Made by a program: the position numbers and the translations under genes. From contig JAISRB010000092.1 of the NCBI GenBank assembly GCA_031273825.1, positions 1 through 52,163 on the forward strand: a stretch of 52,163 nt of DNA, written 5' to 3'. Below, one piece after another: positions 33,742 through 42,037 of the stretch (its first letter is position 1; every line of letters begins with the position of its first letter). The notes under the pieces are model-generated. The model was not told the origin of the DNA. It saw nothing but the letters and a program-made list of their open reading frames with translations, and searched no databases. Source of the stretch: Clostridiales bacterium (GTDB lineage Bacteria; Bacillota; Clostridia; Christensenellales; JAISNN01).

Positions 33742-33818
33742 GGCGGCGTAGCTTAGCAGGTTAGAGCAGTCGGTTCATACCCGGCAGGTCGTCGGTTCGA
33801 GTCTGACCGCCGCTACCA
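33742..33818 (+). tRNA. Elongator tRNA-Met (CAU)
   Basis: The cloverleaf is GGCGGCG/CGCCGCT with anticodon loop TTCATAC. The overall sequence resembles B. subtilis elongator Met rather than Ile2 (by recollection). Confidence 0.8.
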
Positions 33819-33821
33819 CAC

Positions 33822-33896
33822 GGCCCTATGGTCAAGTGGTCAAGACATCGCCCTTTCACGGCGGTAACGGGAGTTCGAACCTCCCTAGGGTCACCA
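33822..33896 (+). tRNA. tRNA-Glu (UUC)
   Basis: Acceptor stem GGCCCTA/TAGGGTC, anticodon loop CTTTCAC, T-arm GGGAG-TTCGAAC-CTCCC, then CCA. Confidence 0.9.
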
Positions 33897-34016
33897 CTTC
33901 TTTGAAACCGTGTTTTATGTCAAAAGAACGCCTTAGCGGCGTTTCCTCATAAAGCACCTCTTTTTTTGTACGGTACGATAATTCACGGCGCTTGCCTTGA
34001 TTTATAATACCATTCC

Positions 34017-34092
34017 GGGAGCATAGCTCAGTTGGTAGAGCATCTGCCTTACAAGCAGAGGGTCACAGGTTCGAGCCCTGTTGTTCCCACCA
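34017..34092 (+). tRNA. tRNA-Val (UAC)
   Basis: Acceptor stem GGGAGCA/TGTTCCC, anticodon loop CTTACAA, T-arm ACAGG-TTCGAGC-CCTGT, then CCA. Confidence 0.9.
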
Positions 34093-34102
34093 AAAACACC
34101 CC

Positions 34103-34148
34103 AAAAGCCCGAAAAACAATTGTTTTAAGGCTTTTTTCTTTTTTTTTG
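34103..34148 (+). terminator. Terminator of the tRNA operon
   Basis: Outer stem aaaagcc...ggctttt with inner stem aaaaca-at-tgtttt, followed by a T-rich run. Confidence 0.5.
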
Positions 34149-34328
34149 ACTATCCGCCTCTTATTTTGTGCGCCGTGATAATCGTAAGGCTTTTTGCATT
34201 GACGGTTATCGCCGCGTCGGTTTTGTAAGCATAGAGATTCTTGCCCCGACGGATTATAATATTCGCCGCCGTTGTCGCGTCCTTGCGCCGCGAAACGACG
34301 TTGTCCGTCGTCAAATTAAGATTGCGCC

Positions 34329-34940
34329 TTATTCGCTCAACCCCAATTCCGTCGTGTGAATTTTATCTATGTTGTTTTTTAAGTCGTTCATGCCCGGTTT
34401 GTTGTTTTTATTTTTTACCCAAACGTGAGTTATTTCTCCGAATACGTATTCGCGGTAAACGCCGGCTTGCTTATAGGCTTCGTTTATGCGGTCTTTGGTT
34501 TCTTGTTCAAAAAAATCATCGGGGCGAGCCGTCGTCGCTTGCTTTAATTTGCACTCGATAATAAGCCTTGCTTCGGCAAACGACATGTTTCCGGACGGAG
34601 TTTGAACGCCTGTTAGTTCGACCTCCTTCATTTTTTCGCTATCTTTTCCCGATTTGCTTCCCAAAAACAGGACTTGCTTTTTATATTCATCCGGAAAATA
34701 CGACAGCGTATAGGTTCGTTCTTTTTTAATAAATTCGAGCGTATAACGATTCGACGGAAAAATACACCATGTAACGGGTTTCATAAAAAGCATTCCCATG
34801 CCGCCGCCGCTTGCCGTCATAGAGTTGTAACGCTCTATTTTTCCCGCTGTGACAACGGGAAAAGCTTTTCCTACCAACGTAAACACGTTGTCGCATATCT
34901 CGTCCGGCGCAATTTGTTTAAATAACCGTGTGAAATTCAT
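34329..34940 (-). CDS. Flavin reductase-like (FMN-binding split-barrel) protein
   Basis: 203 aa. The pattern ...VVTAGK...YNSMTASGGGMGMLFMKPV... is typical of the flavin reductase-like domain (by recollection). Confidence 0.6.
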   Translation of the reverse strand: MNFTRLFKQIAPDEICDNVFTLVGKAFPVVTAGKIERYNSMTASGGGMGMLFMKPVTWCIFPSNRYTLEFIKKERTYTLSYFPDEYKKQVLFLGSKSGKDSEKMKEVELTGVQTPSGNMSFAEARLIIECKLKQATTARPDDFFEQETKDRINEAYKQAGVYREYVFGEITHVWVKNKNNKPGMNDLKNNIDKIHTTELGLSE

Positions 34941-35037
34941 ACGCTTATTATATCACAAAAGCGGTTGAAAGGTATAGTAATTAAGCCCGTTCTTTAGGCA
35001 TAGGCGATAAAATTTTTTACTTTTTTTTAAATGCCTA

Positions 35038-35066
35038 TTGACAAGGGTTAATATATGTGTTAAAAT
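35038..35066 (+). promoter_or_regulatory. Orphan consensus promoter (no + strand gene downstream)
   Basis: TTGACA (35038-35043), a 17-nt spacer, then TGtTAAAAT (-10 at 35061-35066). Confidence 0.6.
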
Positions 35067-35140
35067 AAATATAAGGCTGAAACACAAAAGACTTTCGGCA
35101 ACTATAAATTAGCTTACTTTCCTTCTCTCTATATGAAAAA

Positions 35141-35175
35141 CCCTCGTTAGCGTTAAGCCGGCGAGGGGTTTTTCA
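35141..35175 (+). terminator. Weak terminator about 100 nt downstream of the orphan promoter
   Basis: ccctcg (35141-46) pairs with cgaggg (35162-67) across a 15-nt loop, followed by gttttt. Confidence 0.35.
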
Positions 35176-35200
35176 TAAGAGCGGACTTTATGCGCCCACG

Positions 35201-35234
35201 GGGCTTGCCCAAAACCGCGGTTTTTGGCAAGCCC
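35201..35234. repeat. Palindromic element gggcttgcc-caaaa-ccgcgg-ttttt-ggcaagccc (member of the A-tract/GCGCGG/T-tract hairpin family)
   Basis: A 9-bp GC-rich outer stem plus an A4/T4 inner stem, located downstream of leuS. Confidence 0.7.
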
Positions 35235-35292
35235 GATTAAAATAACGGAGCAACTGCGCAAAAAAAAGCTTTTGTGCGCTTGCCGTTTTTTT

Positions 35293-37713
35293 TTAAATTA
35301 TAAGGTTTAATATTTTTTTAGGCACGTAGATTTCTTTTTTTACGGCGTTGCCCGACAAGAGCGCGGACAGCGCGGGGTTGGCTCTTACGGCGGCCTTTAC
35401 CTCGTCGAGGCTTGCCTCGGCGGCGACTCTTACTGTTCCTTTGAGCCTTCCGTTTATTTGTACGGGCAGCTCTATTTCGGCGTCTGTCAGCTTTGACGGG
35501 TCATATTTCGGATAATCGGATTTTGCGAGTATAGTCGAATATCCCAAAAGCTCGTTGATTTCCTCGGATATGTGCGGCGCGAAAGGGTAGAGCAGGAGGA
35601 GGAGAATTCTAAGCTCGCCCTTGGTTATCGCGTTTTCCGACGTTACCTCGTTTAAAAAGGTCATCATAGCGGCTATAGCCGTATTGAACTTGAGACATTC
35701 GATATCCTCGGAGACCTTTTTTATCAGGCGGTTGACCGCGCCCTCGCGTTTTTGAGAAATTGAGTCTTGCGACAGGTCGGCGATATCGAGCAAATTGTAT
35801 ACGCGCTCGATAAACCGGCGGCAGCCGATTATCCCGGCGTTAGACCACGGAATACTGCTTTCATAATCGCCTATAAACATGGTATAGAGTCTTATCACGT
35901 CCGCTCCGAAATCTCTGACGAGGGAATCGGGGCTGACTACGTTTCCGAGAGATTTTGACATTTTTGCGCCGTCCTCGCCCAAAATGAGACCTTGCGCGGT
36001 GCGCTTTTTGTAAGGCTCTCTAAAGGGAACTACGCCGATATCGTACAAAAACTGATTCCAAAACCGTGAATATATGAGGTGGCGCGTGACGTGCTCCATG
36101 CCGCCGTTATACCAATCGACGGGGCCGAAATATTTTAGCTTTTCATAATCGGCGAGAGCGTTCGGGTTTTTGGGGTCGATATAGCGCAGATAATACCATG
36201 ACGAGCCGGCCCACTGCGGCATAGTGTCGGTTTCGCGTTTTGCGTCCGCGCCGCATACGGGGCATTTGCAGTTGACAAAGTCGCTAACTCCGGCGAGCGG
36301 CGATTCGCCCGTCTCCGACTGGCGGTAGCGGTCAAGCGGCGGCAGTACGACGGGCAGGTCGGCCTCGGGAACGGGCACCGCGCCGCATTTCGGGCAGTAT
36401 ATTATAGGAATAGGCTCGCCCCAATAGCGTTGGCGGTTAAACGCCCAGTCTTTCATGTTATAATTGATTTTTTTGCAGCCTATGCCGTCTGCGGTCAGTT
36501 TGCCGACGACGGCTTTGCCGGCCTCCTTTACCGACAATCCGTTGAGAAAGCCCGAGTTGACCATGACTCCGTTTTGAATGTCGGTGTAGGCCTCGCGGCT
36601 TATGTCTCCGCCGGCTATGACCTCGACGATCGGCAGGTCAAACTTTTTTGCGAACTCGTAGTCGCGCGTGTCGTGGGCGGGAACCGCCATGACCGCGCCC
36701 GTTCCGTAGTCGGGCGTGACGTAATCGGCTATGAATATGGGGATTTCGAGGCCGTTTATCGGATTGACGGCGGTTAGTCCTTGAATTTTGACGCCGGTTT
36801 TGTCCTTGTTGACGTGCGCGCGCTCAAACTCGTTTTTTTTGCGGGTTTCGGCGCGATAGTCCTCAAGCTGCCGGAGATTAGAAATAAAGCCGGCGTTTTC
36901 GGCGATAATCGGGTGTTCGGGCGCGACGACCATAAAGGTTACGCCAAAGAGCGTGTCGGCTCGCGTCGTGAATACCCGGAGCTTTTGACCGGGCTTGCCG
37001 CCCTTGACGGCAAAATCGATTTCCGCGCCCTCCGATTTGCCTATCCAGTTTATTTGTTCGGTCTTGATTCGCGGCAGATAGTCGAGCCCTTCAAGCCCGT
37101 CGAGCAGGCTTTCGGCGTAGTCGCGGATTTTGAGAAACCACACGTCCTTTTCCTTTTGAATGACGTCCGAGCCGCAGCGGTCGCACACGCCGCCCTGCGA
37201 TTCCTCATTGGCCAAAATGACCTTGCATTTTTCGCAATAGTTGACGTAGGCCGTGCTTTTGTAGGCCAGACCCTTTTTGAAGAGTTGAACGAATATCCAT
37301 TGCGTCCATTTGTAATAGTCCTTGTCGGTAGTGTCGACGACGCGCGAATAGTCGAACGAATAGCCGAGAGCCTTTAACTGAGAGGTAAAGGTTTTTATGT
37401 TGTCGTCTGTGACGCTTCTCGGGTGCCGCCCCGTCTGCATGGCGTAGTTTTCGGTAGGCAGACCGAAGGCGTCAAAGCCGATGGGAAACAGCACGTTATA
37501 GCCCTCGAGCCGCCGTTTTCGCGAAACTATCTCGAGAGAAGTAAACGCTCTGAGATGCCCCATATGCAGACCGCTCCCGGAGGGATAAGGAAACTCTATA
37601 AGCCCGAAAAACTTGGGCTTAACGCCGAAGTCTACGGCCTCATGAACCCTTTGGGTCTCCCAAATTTCCTGCCATTTTTGTTCTATGCCTTTAAAGTCGT
37701 AATCGGGTTTCAT
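35293..37713 (-). CDS. leuS: Leucine--tRNA ligase
   Basis: HIGH (GLHMGHLRAF) and KMSKS (KMSKSLGN) motifs with a CP1 editing insertion; 806 aa. Confidence 0.95.
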   Translation of the reverse strand: MKPDYDFKGIEQKWQEIWETQRVHEAVDFGVKPKFFGLIEFPYPSGSGLHMGHLRAFTSLEIVSRKRRLEGYNVLFPIGFDAFGLPTENYAMQTGRHPRSVTDDNIKTFTSQLKALGYSFDYSRVVDTTDKDYYKWTQWIFVQLFKKGLAYKSTAYVNYCEKCKVILANEESQGGVCDRCGSDVIQKEKDVWFLKIRDYAESLLDGLEGLDYLPRIKTEQINWIGKSEGAEIDFAVKGGKPGQKLRVFTTRADTLFGVTFMVVAPEHPIIAENAGFISNLRQLEDYRAETRKKNEFERAHVNKDKTGVKIQGLTAVNPINGLEIPIFIADYVTPDYGTGAVMAVPAHDTRDYEFAKKFDLPIVEVIAGGDISREAYTDIQNGVMVNSGFLNGLSVKEAGKAVVGKLTADGIGCKKINYNMKDWAFNRQRYWGEPIPIIYCPKCGAVPVPEADLPVVLPPLDRYRQSETGESPLAGVSDFVNCKCPVCGADAKRETDTMPQWAGSSWYYLRYIDPKNPNALADYEKLKYFGPVDWYNGGMEHVTRHLIYSRFWNQFLYDIGVVPFREPYKKRTAQGLILGEDGAKMSKSLGNVVSPDSLVRDFGADVIRLYTMFIGDYESSIPWSNAGIIGCRRFIERVYNLLDIADLSQDSISQKREGAVNRLIKKVSEDIECLKFNTAIAAMMTFLNEVTSENAITKGELRILLLLLYPFAPHISEEINELLGYSTILAKSDYPKYDPSKLTDAEIELPVQINGRLKGTVRVAAEASLDEVKAAVRANPALSALLSGNAVKKEIYVPKKILNLII

Positions 37714-37744
37714 TGGTTATAACCTCTCTTTAAAATTCCAAAAT

Positions 37745-39478
37745 TCAAATTTTGACGCTTTTTAACAGCTCGTCGGCCTTTGCGTCCGCGGCCTCGGGGG
37801 TTTCACGCGAAACGGAAACGTAGAGCTTGAGCTTAGGCTCTGTGCCGCTCGGTCTTGCGCATATAAAGCCGCCGCCCTCTAAGCCGTAATATAAAACGTC
37901 GCTTTCGGGCAGGTCTATGCGGCGTTTTTCGCCGTTTTTGAGAACGCGCATTCCCGACAGATAATCGTCGGTAAAGGCGACGGAACAGCCGGCGAACGAG
38001 TCGGTCTTAGCTTTGCGCAGGCGAGTCATAGCGTCGGACATTTTTTGCATCGCGTCGGCTCCCGAAAAGGCTATCGAAAGATTCTTTTCGCAAAAATAGC
38101 CGAATTTTTTGTAGAGCGCGTCGAGGCGTTCGAGTACGCTTACGCCGATATGCTGATAATAGCAAACCATTTCGCAAAAGAGCATAGAGGCGACGACCGC
38201 ATCCTTGTCGCGCGAATGCGTGCCGGACAGATAGCCGTAGCTTTCCTCATAGCCGAATATAAAGGTATGCGAGCCGTCCTCCCATTCCTTTATCTTTTCG
38301 CCGATAAACTTGAAGCCCGTCAGTACGTCGACTATTTGGCAGCCGTAGCTTTCGGCGATTTTTGCGGCAAGCTCGGTTGTGACTATGGTTTTGACGGCGG
38401 CGGCGTTTTTTGGCAGGGTATTAGTCTGCGTCTTTCTCGTCAAAATATAATCGAGAAGCAACGCGCCCGTCTGATTTCCCGTCAGGAGCGTATAGCCTCC
38501 GTCGGTCTTTAGAGCCGCGCCCATTCTGTCGCAATCGGGGTCTGTGCCGATGACGACGCTTGCGCCTATGCTTTTTGCAAGCTCTATGCCCAGCTTTAGC
38601 GCGTCGGGCTGCTCGGGGTTGGGCGCGGACACCGTCGAAAAGTCAAAGTCGGGGTCTTTTTGCGCGTCTACCACCGACGCGTTGATTCCGATAGCCTTTA
38701 AAATCGTCGTCACGGGAACATATCCCGAGCCGTGAAGGGGAGTGTAGACGAGCTTTACGTCCTTGCCTACGGCCTTGACCGCGTCGGGCGACAGCGTGAG
38801 CTTTAATATTTCGGAATAATAAGCGTCGTCGACGCTTTTGCCTATGACGGTTATGTTTTTGTCTATCTTTAGGCCGTCGCGGCCTTTTATGCCGTTCTTT
38901 GTTATGCCGCCGACGTCGGCCGAGCCGACGTCAAAATAGCCGGCCTTTGCGATATATCCGACGACCTTATCCGTCGCCTCCGGCGACATTTGCGCCCCGT
39001 CGTCTCCGTATACCTTATAGCCGTTGTATTCCTTGGGGTTGTGGCTTGCGGTGATGATTATTCCCGCCGCGGCGTTTAAGCGTCTTATGGCAAAAGAGCC
39101 GACGGGCACGGGTCTTACGTCGTCAAAGAGAAAGGCCTTGACGCCGTTTTTTGACAGCACTCCCGCCGCCGACAGCGCGAATTCAAACGAATAACGCCGC
39201 GTGTCATAGGCTATGACCACGCCGCGCTCCGCGTATTCGCGGCCGAGAGATAAAATATAGCCGGCAAGCCCCTTTGTGGCGCGGTTTACCGTCAGGTAGT
39301 TCATGCGCGCGGGGCCGACCCCGATTATTCCGCGCATTCCCGCCGTACGAAACTCCAAATCGCCGTAAAAGGCGTCTTTTATTTCGTCGTCGTTTCGGGC
39401 GATTGCGGCGAGCTGCGCCTTTAGCTCTTCGGTCAGGGGCGCGGCAAGCCATTCGGCGTAAGCCTTTTTGTAATCCAT
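37745..39478 (-). CDS. Phosphoglucomutase/phosphomannomutase family (alpha-D-phosphohexomutase)
   Basis: The active-site loop TASHNPKEYNGYK and metal loop GTDPDCDR are present. Length is 577 aa, with a GGGAGG RBS. Confidence 0.9.
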   Translation of the reverse strand: MDYKKAYAEWLAAPLTEELKAQLAAIARNDDEIKDAFYGDLEFRTAGMRGIIGVGPARMNYLTVNRATKGLAGYILSLGREYAERGVVIAYDTRRYSFEFALSAAGVLSKNGVKAFLFDDVRPVPVGSFAIRRLNAAAGIIITASHNPKEYNGYKVYGDDGAQMSPEATDKVVGYIAKAGYFDVGSADVGGITKNGIKGRDGLKIDKNITVIGKSVDDAYYSEILKLTLSPDAVKAVGKDVKLVYTPLHGSGYVPVTTILKAIGINASVVDAQKDPDFDFSTVSAPNPEQPDALKLGIELAKSIGASVVIGTDPDCDRMGAALKTDGGYTLLTGNQTGALLLDYILTRKTQTNTLPKNAAAVKTIVTTELAAKIAESYGCQIVDVLTGFKFIGEKIKEWEDGSHTFIFGYEESYGYLSGTHSRDKDAVVASMLFCEMVCYYQHIGVSVLERLDALYKKFGYFCEKNLSIAFSGADAMQKMSDAMTRLRKAKTDSFAGCSVAFTDDYLSGMRVLKNGEKRRIDLPESDVLYYGLEGGGFICARPSGTEPKLKLYVSVSRETPEAADAKADELLKSVKI

Positions 39479-39499
39479 AAAAAAACCTCCCGCTCTTAT

Positions 39500-39745
39500 C
39501 TACCGCTCTTCCGCGTCGGCGGCTTCCGCTTCGGCCTCGGCCTCGGCGTCCGCCTCGGCGGCTTTTCGGGCCTCGAGCCGTTCGATTGTCCGTTTTAGGG
39601 CGTAGGTCGCGCCGATTATCAGACAGATGACTATAAAAATAGCCAAAAGCCCCTTCCAAAAGATTTCGAGCGATTTTAATAAATTACCGGCGTATTCCTC
39701 CGCCGATAAAACCGCGGATAAGATTGAATTTATCATGACAAGCAT
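39500..39745 (-). CDS. OadG-like small membrane subunit of a Na+-translocating decarboxylase
   Basis: 81 aa with one TM helix and an acidic Ala/Glu tail. It lies immediately downstream of the beta-subunit gene. Assigned mostly by context. Confidence 0.5.
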   Translation of the reverse strand: MLVMINSILSAVLSAEEYAGNLLKSLEIFWKGLLAIFIVICLIIGATYALKRTIERLEARKAAEADAEAEAEAEAADAEER

Positions 39746-39779
39746 TTCTTTTTATTCCTTATATTATAATTTTTTGAGC

Positions 39780-40919
39780 TTACGCCAGCACCAAGGCTAT
39801 AATGAGACCGCCGACAATCGCCGAGGCGACCTGTCCCGAGACGTTCGCGCCTATGGCGTGCATGAGCAGATAGTTTGTCGGGTCTTCCTTTCTTCCGAGC
39901 TTGTGGACTATTCTCGCCGACATAGGAAACGCCGATATTCCCGCCGCGCCTATCATCGGGTTGATTTTCTTTTTGAGGAACAAATTCATAAAGTCGGCGA
40001 ATAGTATTCCTCCGATTGTATCAAAGACAAAGGCAAAAAGACCGAGGCCGACTATTATGAGCGTATTGACGTTCAAAAACGACGCGGCCTGCATCTGAAA
40101 GGAGATTGTTATGCCGAGGAGCAGGGTTATGAGATTGACAAGCTCGTTTTGAGCCGTCCTCGACAGCTGATTCAATACGCCGCATTCTCTTAGCAGGTTG
40201 CCGAACATCAAAAAGCCGATGAGAGCCAGACTCTTTGGCGCGATAAGACCCGAAACGACGGTGATGACGATAGGGAAGAGTATTTTGACGGATTTCGGAA
40301 CGGGTTTTATTACCTGATCGTCCATTCTGATAAGCCGCTGTTTTTTTGTCGTGACGAGCTTGATGACCGGCGGCTGAATTATCGGCACCAACGCCATATA
40401 AGAATAAGCCACAATGGTTATAGGCCCTAAATATTGACTGCCCAAGGCCTTTGCCACGACAATCGACGTCGGGCCGTCGGCCGCGCCGATTATGCCGATA
40501 GACGCGGCATCGTTCAAGCCGAACGCGCCCGTCAGACACGCCAAAAGTATGGTTATGAATATGCCGAGCTGCGCAAAGCCGCCGAGCAACATCATTTTTG
40601 GGTTGGATATCAGCGGCCCGAAGTCTATCATCGCGCCTATGCCGATAAAGAGCAATATAGGCATGGCCTCCGACGCGTCTATGCCGACCTCAAACAGCCA
40701 TTGAATTATACCCGCGCCGCCCTCGTCGCTCAAGACGTTAGTAAAGGGCATGTTGACGAGTATACAGCCTATGCCGATAGGCAGCAACAGCATCGGCTCC
40801 ATATCGCGCTTGATTGCAAGATAAATCAGCGCGAAGCCGATAAGCCACATGACGGGCTGACGCCATGTTATAGCGTTGATAGCCTCAAACAAAAACTCAA
40901 AATTTGCCAAAAAATCCAT
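39780..40919 (-). CDS. Sodium ion-translocating decarboxylase beta subunit (OadB/GcdB/MmdB family)
   Basis: 379-aa polytopic protein. IGIGAMIDFGPLISNPK and the overall pattern are typical of the beta subunit. Confidence 0.85.
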   Translation of the reverse strand: MDFLANFEFLFEAINAITWRQPVMWLIGFALIYLAIKRDMEPMLLLPIGIGCILVNMPFTNVLSDEGGAGIIQWLFEVGIDASEAMPILLFIGIGAMIDFGPLISNPKMMLLGGFAQLGIFITILLACLTGAFGLNDAASIGIIGAADGPTSIVVAKALGSQYLGPITIVAYSYMALVPIIQPPVIKLVTTKKQRLIRMDDQVIKPVPKSVKILFPIVITVVSGLIAPKSLALIGFLMFGNLLRECGVLNQLSRTAQNELVNLITLLLGITISFQMQAASFLNVNTLIIVGLGLFAFVFDTIGGILFADFMNLFLKKKINPMIGAAGISAFPMSARIVHKLGRKEDPTNYLLMHAIGANVSGQVASAIVGGLIIALVLA

Positions 40920-41194
40920 AATAAGAAAAGTATAGCCTAAAAGACGCGTTTTGTCAAGAAATCGACAACCATAAATAAAATAAGGGCGTTAAATGCGCAA
41001 AAAAAGTTTTTTATGTCAATACGTTTTTTTAAAATTTTCCGTTTTTTGCGGAATATTATTTTTTAGTTGCGTTTTTTATGAGGTTGTGGTAGCATAATAA
41101 TATACCGTAGCCGACAGCTACAGCGTATTATACCGTTGTTTTCGGGCGGCCGGCGGCGTCCGCTCATGCGGTTTCGTTTGGGTTGTAATGCGTT

Positions 41195-41240
41195 TACTAA
41201 TCACTAATCACTGACCACTGACCACTGCCTACTAACCACT
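41195..41240. repeat. 6.5 tandem heptamers YACTRMY (tactaat cactaat cactgac cactgac cactgcc tactaac cact) abutting the RBS of the PPC gene
   Basis: Read directly. The array ends 5 nt before the AAAGGAG RBS of the gene starting at 41260. Confidence 0.85.
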
Positions 41241-41259
41241 AAAAAAAGGAGAACTCCCG

Positions 41260-41679
41260 ATGGAATACAAAAGGTTTTCAAACAACATTGTCGCAAGAAT
41301 AGACAAGGGCGAGGAAATTCTCGCCGCATTGGAGAATATAATAGAGAAAGAAAACGTCGCGCTCGGAAGCGTCGCCGCCATAGGCGCGATAAACCGTTTG
41401 AGGGCGGGGCTGTTTTTGCCCGATACAAAGGTCTATAAGACAAACCTTTTTGAGAGGGATATGGAGATAGTTTCGCTTTACGGAAGCATAACGACAAAGG
41501 ACGGGCGGCCCTATATTCACATTCACATAAGCGCGTCGGACGAAAACGGGAACGTAGTCGGCGGGCATTTAAACGAGGCCGTCGTCAGCCTGACCTGCGA
41601 AATGACGGTAAATATATTTGACGGCCGCGTCTCGCGCCGTTTTGACGACGGCGTCGGACTAAATCTTTTGGAGTTTTGA
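41260..41679 (+). CDS. PPC (DUF296) domain protein
   Basis: 139 aa. The pattern ...GSVAAIGAI...IVSLYGSIT...PYIHIHISASDENGNVVGGHL is typical of the PPC/DUF296 fold. Confidence 0.8.
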   Translation: MEYKRFSNNIVARIDKGEEILAALENIIEKENVALGSVAAIGAINRLRAGLFLPDTKVYKTNLFERDMEIVSLYGSITTKDGRPYIHIHISASDENGNVVGGHLNEAVVSLTCEMTVNIFDGRVSRRFDDGVGLNLLEF

Positions 41680-41864
41680 CGGCGATTCGGAGGGGCGTTT
41701 TAGCCGCCGTGTTTTTTATGTTTTGTGCGCCTCTATAACGCCTAAAAACTAAGGATAAGCCCGACGGTTTCGTGAAAAATAGCGCAAAAAAGTTATTCAA
41801 ATACAAAAAACGTCAAAAAAGAGCATAAAAATATAAAAAAAATTGAAAAAACGGCAAATAATGC

Positions 41865-41893
41865 TTGCTTTATTTGTCAAAACGATATATAAT
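41865..41893 (+). promoter_or_regulatory. SigmaA promoter for the Sel1-repeat gene (about 145-nt leader)
   Basis: TTGCTT (41865-41870), a 17-nt spacer, then TATAAT (41888-41893). Confidence 0.55.
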
Positions 41894-42037
41894 TACGAAT
41901 AGGAGGCGTCGAGTCGTACATATTAAAATCGGGAGTATAGAACCTCGTTATTTATATTTACGCGCCGCAGCTCCGATACGCAGCAAAAAAATGATAGACA
42001 AGGAAACAAAAAAGTAAAAAAACGGAGACAAATTTTT

